64,000 nucleotides of DNA from Eledone cirrhosa (GCA_964016885.1 OZ024740.1:61380001-61444000), one strand, 5' to 3'; shown: positions 1 through 12,160, counted from the first letter of the stretch. A program made the numbers and translations. The notes: generated from the letters alone by a model not told the origin.

Positions 1-650
1 AGTTCTTACAATGACCAGTTCAGCAGACTAAATGTTGGCATTAGGAGAGCACAACAAAAGTATTATGGGCAATGAACTTGTTGCACACTTAGAGTTCTGA
101 TGACCATATTTTCTTTACTCTCTTGAGGTATTCATTCCTGGTCCTTTCCTTATTTATGGGTCCATCATATCTGACATTCTCACCCTGTCCAAGATACCTA
201 TAGTTGTCGCCTGACTGTAGAGGTTGTATCCTCAAACCGTTCATTTTTAGGTTTTCAAAGGAGGACACAAATTGTCCACATTTTATTGTCAAAAATACAT
301 ATTTAGTCTCACCAACTTTCATTCCAATATCTGTAGAAAATTGGATTATGAGGGGTCTAATTGTTTATTTATGGGGTTAATATTTGGCCCATACAATTTC
401 TGGTCATCAACAAAAAACAAAGATGGAAGATACTTCTAGAGTCATTTTATATGGCCATTATGTTTTGTAAGCAGGTATGAAAGTGGGTTTAATGAGAGGA
501 CGAAGAGCAGCACTGGCAAGCTGTCACCCTGAAAAATACCTTTTTTGGTAGTGAATGTTATTAGACTTGCTCCTCATCACCCTTAATGTGCAAAGTGGTT
601 CACAAAGTCTTGGTCAGATATTCGAAAGTAGCTACTAGGTATTATGGGTC
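1..650 (-). mobile_element. Degraded R4/Dong-like non-LTR retrotransposon RT fragment
   Basis: Minus-strand translation gives GIFQGDSL..LLFVLSLNPLSYLL, HLFFVDD, YRYLG and EYLKRVKKIWSSEL, motifs typical of R4-clade RTs. Stops and frameshifts are present. Confidence 0.75.
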
Positions 651-1232
651 CAATAGATATTCATGGGCCCCTCCTTGGTTCCTTGGGCCCTAAAGTAATG
701 TATCAGCTGAACCCTGCTCAGATTCAATACTGCAATATATAATGAACCACTGCATGTCATAATGTGCAATATTGTCCTCAGCGAGACAGAAGCATGGCTT
801 AGCAGGAGTTTTGGAGCTGTGTATATTAAACTAAGTCATTTAAATGACTACTAAATGACAAGTCTGCTCAACCAGAACTGATCTGGGCCTACAACAACAA
901 TAACAACTACAACAAAACCTTTGAAGTAAAATCAATTCAAACTCTCTGTAAATCTCATAAGATAATGGATCTGTGTCATGAAAATTCCCCTTGCAGACAC
1001 AGGCTTGGCCAAAGGATTTTGTGTACCTTGTTAGTCTGCATGTATTTTCATATTGACACCAGTTGAACAAATAGTGATGTTTGCTTATGACCTGCAGCTC
1101 AACATGTAAATTTCAGTAGAACAAATATCTTATTTAATTATTAACATCCTCTAATGATTTAGCAGAAAATATCTAAAAGTGGGTTTGTTAATTCAAATAT
1201 TTGTAGTATACATGATAGGTTTGAAGATACAT

Positions 1233-1380
1233 GGAAGTGCCTGGCCTAGTAGTTAAGGTGTTGGATTTATGATCATAATGTGATGGGTTCGATTCCTGGA
1301 CCCAGTGGCATATTGTGTTCTTGAGAATGATACTTCATTTCACAGTGTTCCAATATACTCAGCTGAAAATAAATACCAGC
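1233..1380 (+). mobile_element. tRNA-derived CORE-type SINE, diverged
   Basis: A-box-like TGGCCTAGTAG and B-box GGTTCGATTCC are followed by a CORE-like CTTGAGAATGATACTTCATTTCAC...CTCAGCTG. Related to the copy at 44805..45146. Confidence 0.6.
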
Positions 1381-1705
1381 AGTAACTAGGGGTTATTTCT
1401 GCAATAGACAGGTGTCATGTTCAGGAGGAAAGTCTTGTATTCTCAGCCACTTATTGCTAATGGAAAATGAAACCAGGAATAAGCACCAGCCTGAAGGATT
1501 AGGACAGATCATTGTGAAAAATTTGTAATTCTCTTTCTCTCTCTCTCTATCTCTATCTCTCTATCTCCCCCCTCTTTCCCCCCTCTCTCTCTCCCTCTCT
1601 CATATATATATGTAGAAAATATCCAAAGGTGGGAAAAAGAAAAATAGTGATCAATCTGGACGAGAGCGAATATGTTATACCATTTATTTATGTTCATACA
1701 TGCTA

Positions 1706-1786
1706 CAAAAGCGCTACTTAAGGTTTCAAAGCCCAATCTGAAGATATGGTCAATATTGGGCCTTGAAATCTTAGGTAGCGCTTTTG
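1706..1786. repeat. Inverted repeat (32-bp arms, 17-nt loop)
   Basis: CAAAAGCGCTACTTAAGGTTTCAAAGCCCAAT pairs with ATTGGGCCTTGAAATCTTAGGTAGCGCTTTTG with 3 non-Watson-Crick positions. Confidence 0.85.
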
Positions 1787-2208
1787 ATCATAAATAAATA
1801 GTATATATATCATCATCATCACTGTTTTACATCTATTTCTCCATGCATGCATGTGTTAGACAGGTCATCCAGGTCATGAGATATGTCTGGCCAGCTGGCC
1901 GCGCCGTACCTTTATCAGACAGAACCTAATTTCTCTCTCTCTCTATATATATATATGCCAAGTACGCAAGAAGAAGAACATATTTTTTGCCTGCAGCATA
2001 TCACATAAACGAATATTTCATCTGAAGAAATTATTCCCATACCAGCAACAAATGTAAATACTACATCTTGGATTGCATAAGGGAACCATTGAAATAATTA
2101 TAATGAATAAATGCTTTATGTAATCACAGCATCTTTCTTAATGTTATTCTTATATATATATATATATGAAACATTTGTATTTGTAAAGCCAAAACAATGC
2201 AGGTATGG

Positions 2209-2526
2209 ATCATCATTTCATTTCATTTTATGTCCACTTTTCCCTGCTTGCAAGGGTGGGACGGGAACTGATTCCGGCTTGATTTCTGCAGCTGGATGCC
2301 CTTCCTAACACCAACCTCATTTACAGTGAGTGCTGGGTGCTTTTTTGCCGTGGCACCTCCACGACCACTTTGCAGTGGAATGATAGAGACCCCAGTCCTT
2401 ATCATCTCATTTCTACAGCTGAGTAAACTGGAGCAATGTGAAATAAAGTGCCTTGCTCAAGGAAACAACACATCACCCGGTCTGAGAATTGAACTCACAA
2501 CCGTTCGATTGCAAGGCCAATGCTCT
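2209..2526 (-). mobile_element. CORE SINE with RTE-derived 3' tail (slightly 5'-truncated)
   Basis: Near-identical to 44805..45126: tRNA-like head, CORE segment and a tail shared with the RTE 3' UTR. Confidence 0.85.
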
Positions 2527-2611
2527 TGTCAGCATGACTTGGCAAGCTATTTAGAACGCTGGTTTAACAACTTTACCTCCCTCCGAAGAAGAGATATCTC
2601 GAAAATTAAAG

Positions 2612-3807
2612 ATCATCATCATCATCATCATCACCGTTTTACGTCCGTTCTTCCACGCTAGCATGGGTTAGACGGGTTGTCCTGTTGTGGGCAGTGTCTG
2701 GTCGGCTGACCATGCCTTGCTCATACAGGAACTGATCTGGCTTGATTTCTACAGCTGGATGCCCTTCCTAACACCAACCTCATTTACAGTGAGTGCTGGG
2801 TGCTTTTTCGTGGCGCCTACACGTCCACTTTACAGTGTGGGCTGGGTGCTTTTTTGCCGTGGCACCTCCACGACCACCTTGCGGTGGGGGGGGGGGGGCA
2901 TATTGTTTATATGCTTCAGCATGTACCCATGGGAGGTCGGGTACCCTGTATTACTGCGTGACGCCAGAAGTCACGGTCGTGTGTCATTGACTTTGAGAGG
3001 TGTAGTTGGGTAAGGTCGGCTTTTATCACCTCATCCCAAGTCATCTTGGGTCTCCCCACTCCGCGGTTTCCATCAACTTCTAGTGCTCTGCACCTTTTTA
3101 TGCAGCTGTCATCCTTCATACGCATCACATGTCCATACCAGCGTAACCGCCTCTCCTGCACGCAGCATTTGATTCCTCTTATGCTCAGTCTCTCTCTCAA
3201 TTCATTTATGCTTTGTCGTTCACGTATATTACTGTTACACATCCATCGGAGCATGCAGGCTTCGTTTCTCTCTAATCTACGTAAGTCTTCCACCTTCAGC
3301 GCCCAGGTCTCACTACCATGCAACATCGCTGTTCGGATACACGCATCATACAGTCTGCCTTTCATTCTGAGGGAGAAGCCTTTTGCAGCTAGCAGTGGTA
3401 GTAGTTCCCTAAACTTCTTCCATCCCGTTCTTACCCTAGTTATTGTACTTTCTGAGCACCCACCTCCGTTGCTAATTCGGTCACCTAGGTAGCAGAAGCT
3501 GTCTACTGTTTCTACAGGGCCCTCCCAGAGATTGGTGGTACTTGTTTCCTGTGGCTGTTTGCTTGCTGTTTCAGCACAGCTGCTGCATGTGAATCCTACA
3601 TTCTTAATTAAGCTTCCTGAGATCCCGCTACATCTCTTGTGTACCCATTGTTTGCATTTGGGGCAAAGAATGGAGTTCCTACCTACACCTTTCCTACATA
3701 CTGAGCAAGGCCATTTCCCTGAGGGGATCTGGGTTCTGTTTTCTCGTCTACTTATAAGGACCTTAGTCTTTGTCATGTTGACTTTGAGGCCCTTTCTCTC
3801 TAGTCCC
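2612..3807 (-). mobile_element. 5'-truncated RTE LINE (second subfamily): RT C-terminus, PHD insert and 3' UTR
   Basis: ORF 2916..3776 is homologous to the C-terminus of ORF 48747..52028 (CSVCRKGVGRNSILC, FCYLG, RRLRWYGHV, GRP..TW). Ends in a (GAT)n tail at 2612. Confidence 0.92.
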
Positions 3808-4121
3808 TGAGATATTTAAATAAATTTAAGGTAAAAGACTAATTGTCAACAATATCTTTTGCATTTGCATTTATATTCTATATCCATACCTGCATTGTTT
3901 TGGCTTTACAAATACAAACGTTTATACCTCATTACACAATGCTTCAAGTGAACTATAACTTCCTCCATATATATATATACACATATACATAGATTACATA
4001 CATATATATATAGTCACATATTCATTATTTGTACACTTATAGTCTATTAATACTGTTACCTAACATTTTAAATTACATTTATCTATCTATTCCTAATTTT
4101 ATGTTTGATATATTTTTTCAG

Positions 4122-4164
4122 GGAAAATTTCCCCTATTTCAAGAATGCTCCAGGTGGATGGAAG
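4122..4164 (+). CDS. FOXN4: FoxN1/4 coding exon (forkhead helix 2-3 region)
   Basis: ttttttcag|G GAA AAT TTC CCC TAT TTC AAG AAT GCT CCA GGT GGA TGG AAG|gtaaat encodes ENFPYFKNAPGGWK. Confidence 0.93.
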
Positions 4165-5051
4165 GTAAATTAATCATTTTTTATTGCATTTTTCCATAAT
4201 CTGTGATCAGAGATATTTAGTTCATCACAGTCACTTTCCTACCCTCCCAGATAGCTCTCTCCACATCATATCTTCTCCTCTTCCTCCATCTTTCTTCATC
4301 TTTTTTATTCTGCCTGCTTCCTTCCTCTCCTCTCTTCTAGCTTCATCTTCTCCCCTTTGTCTTTCTTCCTCACATATCAATACTTAACTATAGGTGGGGA
4401 ATTGGCAGATTCATTAAAATGCCTTGTGGTATTTATTAAGGCTCTCTGCAATCTGAGTTTAAATCCTACTGAGGTCAAAATCTTGTCTTACATCTTTCCA
4501 GAATCAATAAATTAGCACTGGATTGGCAAAATTGTTAGAGCATTGTTGTATCTGTTAAAGATCTTTGCATTCTGACAGCATCTTTTGTGAAAATACTGAT
4601 AACACCATGATACAAAATTATGTCCATTTTCAAGTGAAGTCACTACTAGTTACTTTTGAAGTCTTCTTTGAACAGTCAGATCTCAGTTTACCTTGAAAGA
4701 AACAATGCAGTTATTAATAAGAAGAGTTAAAATTAATGCATGCAAAATTTCACAGCTCTAGTATCATTCCTAGTTCATAGTCAGCCAATGAACTTTTCAG
4801 CCCACCCTCATATCAGCCCTTGTGTTTCCATGTGATGACATTGATAACATGTAGTGGGGAAACTTGCATACATGGGGAAATCCTGGTTTTCCATAGAAGA
4901 ATCTTGGACCCAAGTGTGCCTCTTGAAGATATTTGGACAAGAACATATTGAATAATGCAGTCATAGACATATTTCTCTCTAAAAAAAGAGATGGTTATGA
5001 CTGGAATGCCTTTGATATAAAGTCTGCTCAATCAAGGCTGAACTGAGGCTA

Positions 5052-5240
5052 AACAACAACAGCAACAACAGCACCAACAACACCAATACCACCACCACCA
5101 ACAACAACACTGCTAACAACAACAGCACTAACAACACCAATACCACCACCTCCAACAACATCAACAATAACCATAGCACCAACAACACCGATACTACAAC
5201 CACCAATACCGATACCACCACCACCAACAACAACACCAAC
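5052..5240. repeat. Degenerate (CAA/CAC)n trinucleotide tract
   Basis: Intronic run of AAC/CAC/AGC triplets just upstream of the 5290 acceptor. Confidence 0.85.
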
Positions 5241-5289
5241 ATTGTACATTTGTAGTAGGTATTGGAAATACTATTTTATCTAATTTCAG

Positions 5290-5479
5290 AATTCTGTTCG
5301 ACATAATCTTTCATTGAATAAATGCTTTGAAAAAGTTGAAAATCCAAAGCTCAGTGGTTCTGCCCGCAAAGGTTGCCTCTGGGCACTTAATCCAGCTAAG
5401 ATATCCAAAATGGAAGAAGAAATTGCTAAATGGGAGAAGAAAGATCCTCAAGGAATTCGAAACAGCATGGCAAATCCAG
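5290..5479 (+). CDS. FOXN4: FoxN1/4 coding exon (forkhead recognition helix and wing)
   Basis: tttcag|[64 protein letters not shown]|gtaatg; phase 0 to phase 1. Confidence 0.96.
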
Positions 5480-5549
5480 GTAATGTATTTCATTTGTTTG
5501 TTCAGATTTTAAAAAATTGAATATTTATTTATATACATGAAAGCAGCAA

Positions 5550-5641
5550 ATTGGCAGAGTTGTTAGAATATCAGATAGAATGCTTTACTGTATTTATTGG
5601 CAGAGTTGTTAGAATATCAGATAGAATGCTTTACTGTATTT
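5550..5641. repeat. 46-bp tandem duplication at the head of a SINE
   Basis: ATTGGCAGAGTTGTTAGAATATCAGATAGAATGCTTTACTGTATTT occurs twice head-to-tail. Confidence 0.9.
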
Positions 5642-5747
5642 GTTCCAGCTCTCTGCACTCTGAGGTCTAATCTTGCCGAGATCAATGTTGCCTTTCATCA
5701 ATTAAAAAAGTACTATTTCAGTACCAGGGTCAATTCTTTATCTATAT

Positions 5748-5880
5748 CAGGCATGACCAACCGTTATTGAGCAGTGGATCGCATAGGATGTGGTTCATTA
5801 TAAGGCGGGCTGCACAACTAACAAATTCACAGCAATTTTGAATTAAGCATGCCAAATGGGCCACACTTTAGCCATGACTG
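5748..5880. mobile_element. hAT (Charlie-like) MITE
   Basis: 8-bp TSD ATCTATAT (5740..5747 and 5881..5888); imperfect TIRs CAGGCATGACCAA / TTAGCCATGACTG. Confidence 0.8.
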
Positions 5881-6109
5881 ATCTATATCTTTCTCTAACT
5901 CTCCCTCTCTGGAAGAAATTGGCTGTGTTTAGTTCTGGAGAGGGATGACTCCATCCTGAGTTGCAAATCCTTAAAAACTTACTTTTTATTGGTTGTCTTT
6001 ATTGCCTGTCTAACCCATGCTAGCGTGGAAAGTGGACGTTAAACGAAGATGATGATGATGATGATGTCTTCATTTCTTTTGCAAGGGAGAGTACTCACTG
6101 GGAAATTAA

Positions 6110-6324
6110 CTCTTAATGTCCTGTACCACATGAAACTGCATTAGTAAAACATTCTTGAAATGTACAAAACTGCACTATGACTGCAGTTACATTAAAAATT
6201 GAAATCTTTACTCAAATATGGCAAATTTTCATGATCTATCCACCAGTAAAGATACCGTAAACATTTGAAAATAACAAACTTGTTTTTAGATATTTTCTAC
6301 TAAACCATTACAGGATGTTAAGAG
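6110..6324. mobile_element. TTAA-targeting (piggyBac-like) MITE, family B
   Basis: TTAA|CTCTTAATGTCCTGTA...TACAGGATGTTAAGAG|TTAA. Related copies lie at about 25000..25210 and 27877..28090. Confidence 0.75.
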
Positions 6325-7269
6325 TTAATTACTTTAAAAGGCCATATTAATTTTTTACCTGAATTCCAGTACAATTCATTTTTGACATCTGAGTGGTCTG
6401 GGGCAATGTGCAAATAGAATATCTTGTTTAAGACCACAACGTGCTGCCAGGAATCAAACTCATGACCTTACAATCATGAACCAAACACTATAACAATGAA
6501 GCCATGTGCCTTCACATGTGTGAACACACACACACACATACATACACATATATGCACATACACATATATTTACATATATGTATATAGTTTTATTCTTTTA
6601 CTGGTTTCAGTCATTAGACTGCAGCAATGCTGAGGGCACCACCTTGATTTAGCGGAAATATGTCAACCTTGATACCTTTATTCTTTAAGACTCGTATTTA
6701 TTTTATCGATATATTTCCTGTCTAACCACTTATTTATGGGACATAAACACAAACATGAACACAGACACGAATGTGCGCACACATATATATATGACTGGTT
6801 TCTACAGTTTCCATTTACCAAATTCCACTCATAAGGCATTGGTTAACCCAAGGCGATAGTAGAAGATACTTGCTCAAATGGATCTAAACCCTGAACTCAA
6901 GTACTCAAATGGGCCAGTGGCCCACAACCTACTTACATATCATGCACGAAGGAAGTTTCATATGTTAGACACAGCTGAAGAGGCCTCTAGACCCTTTGTT
7001 TGGCTGGATGCCTTTTCTTTCACCAACCATTTTACAGAATGTATTGGGTGCATTTATTATGTAAATCTCTAACACTAATGTCTTTGGAACAGCTGAAGAG
7101 TCCTCTTGACAATTTTACAGGTTGTACTAGATGCATTTATCATGTAAATCACCAACAGCAAGCAGATTAGCTGAAAAGTCTTCCCGATCCTTTGTTTGGC
7201 AGCTTATAAAACAGTAAAACCAGTAAAAATATAAATTCAATGTTAATATTTTTTGTTTTTGTTTTTCAG

Positions 7270-7565
7270 AACGCCTAGAATTGATTATTCAAGGACGAGT
7301 AGACTCCCCTCAGATGCAAATTTCACCAAATCTACCCAATATCATCAACATCCGACCAACATCAAATATCCATCCAGAACAACACACTACTATATTATCA
7401 GGCGGTCCCAATCAGTATCATATCCAATCTCCTTTTCTACCAGACAGTCCTGCCCAGCAACATATTGAGATTCTAGAGCAGAACAACAGCAGTTTGTTAA
7501 AAGAAGTTGGTCCAGTAGATACAACTCTTTCTTTAGACCCAACATTGTCAGAAATGACTCTAAAG
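7270..7565 (+). CDS. FOXN4: FoxN1/4 coding exon (Pro/Gln/Ser-rich C-terminal region)
   Basis: tttttcag|AA CGC CTA GAA TTG continues NPE-RLELIIQG in frame and ends LDPTLSEMTLK|gtaaac. Confidence 0.88.
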
Positions 7566-8058
7566 GTAAACATTATCATCACCATTGTTTTTATGTCCAC
7601 TTTTCCATGTTTCCATGGGAGCATTGGTTGGATGGGACTTTTTCAGGTAGAATTTTACTGCCCGATACTCTTACTTATCAAACTGCTAAGCTGTAGGACA
7701 AATTGTTTATGCAAGACATAAAGAAATGTCACCAGTTGTTTAAGCTTTGTCAATGAGAAGACAAATGTGGAGACAAACACACACACACACACACATACAC
7801 ATATATATATCTATCTATCAATATATGTGTGCACAGTTTTTGCTAATCAAATTTCACATTGTATCGATCAGCCTTAAGCTATAGTAGAGACTTAATGAAA
7901 ATGCCACAATGTGAGATCAAAGCTGAAACCATGTGGTTGTGAAGCATATTTTTTAACCAAACAGCCATTATATAGCCTTTTTATAAAAAATGTTAATTCT
8001 TAGAAAATACAGAAAACCCAAACACAGAATTTAACTGTAGTAGTCAATTGCTATAAAT

Positions 8059-8283
8059 AATAGCTTAGAAAATCGTGGAAAATACTCTCTACAGACAGAA
8101 AAAAAAATCGCCACTAGCTGCTATGAAGAATTGAACTCTGTATCCCTCAAATTTCGGTCCAGGGATCATTTTATTTGGAGTGGTCAGCTGGAATTTGAAA
8201 GGTATGGAGTTTGATTCTGCTCAGCAGCTGCTGGCCACTTTTTTCTGTCTGTAGATGTATTTTACTCAATTTTGTAAGCTATT
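8059..8283. mobile_element. Foldback/MITE-like element (about 100-bp imperfect inverted arms)
   Basis: AATAGCTTAGAAAATC...CTACAGACAGAAAAAA...GAATTGAACTCTGTATC pairs with GGTATGGAGTTTGATTC...TTTTTTCTGTCTGTAG...TTTTGTAAGCTATT. Confidence 0.7.
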
Positions 8284-8574
8284 CATCATCATCATTTAAT
8301 GTCCATTTTCCACACTATTATGGGTAGATGGGTTGACCCTTTGGGAGAGATCAGGTCAGTGGTCAGGGCTGATTTTGGCTTGTTTCCACATTTACAGTGT
8401 GTGCTGGGTGCTTTTTGTCATGATACCTGCAATTGACTGTAGCTAGAGTTATTTTCTGTGTTTGAGATTTCTATAAATTTAAGAATTTCAAACCTACCCA
8501 ATGCTCTATTTTCAAAAAAGTTTACAATTCTTTATATTTTGTTTTTAATTTCCTTCTATGTTTTATTATTTCAG

Positions 8575-8767
8575 AACTTGCTAGATCCTACAATATGTCT
8601 TCAAGATAATTTCTCACTCCAAAATAGTTTGTGGGATGAAGACATGGATGTTGAGCTGAGTTTAGACATGCCTGTTGCAATATCAGCAACTAATACTGGT
8701 GGCCAGACTCTGGGGTCTTCACTAACATCTGCAGCACCTCATATCAACTTATATTCCCCCCTAGCAG
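8575..8767 (+). CDS. FOXN4: FoxN1/4 coding exon (acidic activation motif)
   Basis: tttcag|NLLDPTICLQDNFSLQNSLWDEDMDVELSLD...SPLA G|gtcagt. The LQNSLWDE segment resembles the FoxN1/4 activation-domain motif LQGNLWEE. Confidence 0.87.
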
Positions 8768-9344
8768 GTCAGTTATACATTATCGTTTGTTTTTTAAGTT
8801 ACTATATTCCTCCTCCCCCTCCTCATCATCATTGCCATGTAACATCAATTTTCCATAGGTTAGACTGTCATATACTGAGACTAATCTGCTCAGGTGACCA
8901 TGTCTTGCTTGACACTCAGCTTTTGGCTTGATTTCTATGGCTGAATGCCCTTCTTAATGCCAACCATTTCACAGTGTGTACTGGGAGCATTTTATCATGA
9001 CCCCAGCACTACCACCTTACAGGGTAGACAAGGTGCTTTTTATCGTGGCACCAGCACTACCATCTTATAGGGTAGACTAAGTGCTTTTTATCGTGGCACC
9101 AGCACTAGATATTGTCCAATGTGAAAAGTATTAAATGTATTTATTGATAATTACATTATGTACTGTACTACACCCTGTATACTCTGGAAAGTGGTTGGTG
9201 TCAGGCTAGACCAGCTGGCATCAACTTACAGTTTTAAAAGGGCCTACTTACCTCAAGTTCTAGTCATTTATTCTTTTTTATTTGTAAGTGCTTCATGTAA
9301 AAATGGACATTAAACGATGATGATGAATTTGGAAAATGTGTGGA

Positions 9345-9680
9345 TTTTACACCTCCCAGTCGTGATACCACTTCTAACCCAATTGTGCATGTCAATCCTG
9401 TTCATAAAAATAATGAATGGGAGAGGTGACAGTACACACCCATGGCGGAGTCCAACTCCCACATTGAATGGTTTTGATTTTTATCCGAACACAAATACTC
9501 GGGCATTCGTACAGAGGCATCAGGGCAACAAGAAGCTGACCATTGATCCCATACTCCTGCAAAACCTTCTACAGCAGGTCCTGAGGAATGTGGTCATATG
9601 CCTTTTCAAGGTCTACAAAACAAGAATATACCTCTTGGCAATACTCCCACAATTCTCTAAGACTTGCTGCAGTGTGAATA
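9345..9680 (-). mobile_element. Degraded RTE-clade RT fragment
   Basis: Minus strand reads YSCFVDLEKAYDHIP...VLQEYGING...FNVGVGLRHGCVLSPLPFIIFMNRI, with stops. Confidence 0.75.
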
Positions 9681-9767
9681 TATATATTAACCTGATTTTT
9701 TTTTTTACAAGGATTATGTTAATCAATTAATGATTTCTAATTTTTTTTTTTTTTCTAAATATTTCAG

Positions 9768-9877
9768 GAATTCGAAATGAGTCTTTAACAGTTGCAGGAT
9801 TTGGTCACACACCTTACAGCCAGCTAGATGTCAGTGGTTCTATCTATGGTCAAAATACACTCTCAGTTTCCATCTAA
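9768..9877 (+). CDS. FOXN4: FoxN1/4 last coding exon
   Basis: A long poly-T tract and tttcag precede (G)IRNESLTVAGFGHTPYSQLDVSGSIYGQNTLSVSI-TAA. The phase-1 entry matches the previous exon. Confidence 0.82.
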
Positions 9878-10577
9878 TCATTGTACCATTCATGATGTTT
9901 AATAGAGCCATGATCTTTTGATATTTTTCACAATATCTTTATTTCTATAACCGATCTCCTTTATAAAACAATTGGTTACTGAGAAAATATTTGACTGTAA
10001 CACAATCCTGTGCATACAAAGTTTATTATGAGACACACTTTTAAAGCATTCCAGTCAATGGGGGTATAGCAAGGAAAGCGGACGTTAAATGTGAATTTCT
10101 TTCCTCAACTCCAGATGTAGTTGTAGGGATACTGCCCTGACACATGGCCTATCTTGGCCATTTAAATCTAGAGCCTATCCTTTTCCAGGTGTGAACACAG
10201 CTGATTTCTTACAGAAAAGGGGAAACTTGAAGTGAAGTGCCTTATTCAATGTGACAATGCACTGCCCAAACCTGAAATTGAAACCACAACCTTACAATCA
10301 GGAAACCAACACCCTAACCAGTAAACAATGTGCCTTAAATTATTTTATTAACCTTGAATTGACACTCTATCTTCCTGTTTAACACCACCATTTAGTAGTC
10401 CTTGTGCCATTTGTAGAGTCCACTCTGTTGCAAGAATTTGGGACACTTCTCTAGTCTGTGCTTGATGGTAATTTCTTCCTTTCCTCCCACCTATCTGTAA
10501 AGCCCTGAAAAAATTTGGAGTGCTACTCTTCATCCTCTTACTAAGCCATTAAAAAAAGTTGAGGAGCAGTGTAGAGC

Positions 10578-10938
10578 ACCCATTTCCCTGGTTAATAAAG
10601 AAACAAAATCAAATACCATATAAGCAATTTATATAGGCCCTGCCCTGAAAATAAGCCCTGGTACAGTTTTGTGAGAAAAATTAGTATAAAAAATTATATA
10701 AAATGCAGATTTCCAGAGTCTTGCTGATTACCTGATTGCTAATATAACACATTCTTTTAATGATATTGTTTTTAACTCTGTAATATAATGTGACATGAGG
10801 ATAATGATACTTTTATCAAAACTCTTGTGCTGCTATTTTTTAAGTAAAAATATAAGCCCTGCACTGAAAAAAACCCCCCTAGTGCCTTTTTTGAGGGAAA
10901 CATAATATAAGACCTGTCTTATAATAAGGAAACATACA
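10578..10938. mobile_element. Tc1/mariner-superfamily (pogo/Tc2-like) MITE, degraded
   Basis: Repeated ATAAGCCCT subterminal motifs and a right end ATATAAGACCTGTCTTATAATAAGGAAACA resembling this MITE class. Confidence 0.4.
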
Positions 10939-11854
10939 CACACAAACACATCTATCTATCTACATTATATAAACACATATACTTATATTATACACACATA
11001 TATATATATGTATACATACAGACATATACATGCATATATATATGTGTGTGTGTGTTTCTGTCTAGTGGGTTGTGTAGTTGATTTTTTTTTTGTGTAGTGC
11101 ATATGGTTCAGAGCAAGGTAAGAAGAGGGAGCTATAGGGAGCTAAGAGGGAGAAGCTAGAATATAATAAAATACAATAAATGAGATAAAACCTGTTTAGA
11201 AATGGTATACATTTTGTGTTTTATTGATCAGTTATGTGAAGGTAGGGTTGTGTAGAAAGATGAGTGTGTGAGAGTTAATGTTAGAATTAGAATTAAGGTT
11301 AGGATTAGTGTTAGTATGAACAGTCATGTGGCTACAGTCTTTGAGCCTTGTTGCTGAGTTAGTATGGGTCACTGGATAATGTGTACTTCCAGATTAATAA
11401 TCCTTCAACAGATTAGATTATTGCTGGATTGGCAAATCTATTACCCATTGAAGTATGTGTCTAGGTGTTTCCATGTGTCCAGATCACTCCAATAGTTTAG
11501 AGTTGCAACCTGCTTCCTAATAAATGTGCCTCCACAAGTATTTTGGGGGTTATGATTCTTCTAGGCATTGCTTTTATGGAACCAATGCTGTTGGTTTTGC
11601 ATGTGCACTTCAACTCAAACTACATGGTCACTAGATATATTGGTTTTATATTATGTGGTATTGCTCTTAACAGCCAACAAAACACTTAACCAAACGCCAA
11701 CCTTCACTCACTACTCCTGCTAAATCAAATCGCAACCTACCTTCCAAATTTGGCAAACTAATCACAGATCACCCACATTCCCAAACTTGACAAACCAAAC
11801 AGTAGTGCAACAGCCACCAAATGGGTGAGGACATTATATATATATATATATATA

Positions 11855-12160
11855 TCATCACCGTTTTACGTCCATTCTTCTATGCTAGTATGGATTAAAT
11901 GGGTTGTCCTGTTGTGGGCAATGCCAGGTCAGGTCACCTTATCTTGCTCATATGGGAACTGATTTTGGCTTGATTTCTACAGCTGGATGCCCTTCCTAAC
12001 ACCAACCTCATTTACAGTGTGAGCTTGGTCCTTTTTTTCCATGGCTCCTACATGATCACTATTCGGGCTAGGTACTTTTTTGTTGCGACACCTCCATGAC
12101 CACTTTGCAGTGGGAGGGGGTGGGGGCATATTGTGTATATGCTTCAGCTTGTACCCGTGG
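11855..12160 (-). mobile_element. RTE 3' UTR fragment (second subfamily)
   Basis: Colinear with 2625..2935, including CTACAGCTGGATGCCCTTCCTAACACCAAC. Confidence 0.8.

Larger units (their letters stand above)
4122..9877 (+). other. FOXN4: FoxN1/4 gene, 3' part (5 coding exons in window; start outside window)
   Basis: Spliced translation ENFPYFKNAPGGWK|[17 protein letters not shown]...[39 protein letters not shown] is the C-terminal half of a FoxN1/4-type forkhead domain. All introns are GT-AG with compatible phases. Confidence 0.93.

Noticed and set aside
3046-3810. Plus-strand ORFs opposite the RTE fragments (also 12723..13823 and 49023..51838)
   Set aside because: These are antisense shadows of the RTE coding frame.
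4979-5249. Hydrophobic or Gly/Val-rich ORFs on the minus strand
   Set aside because: These are translations of the (CAA/CAC)n tract inside a FoxN intron.
11320-11680. Penelope GIY-YIG remnant (also about 41680..41900)
   Set aside because: Only faint C-x-C/IG-like similarity; too decayed to call without a profile search.
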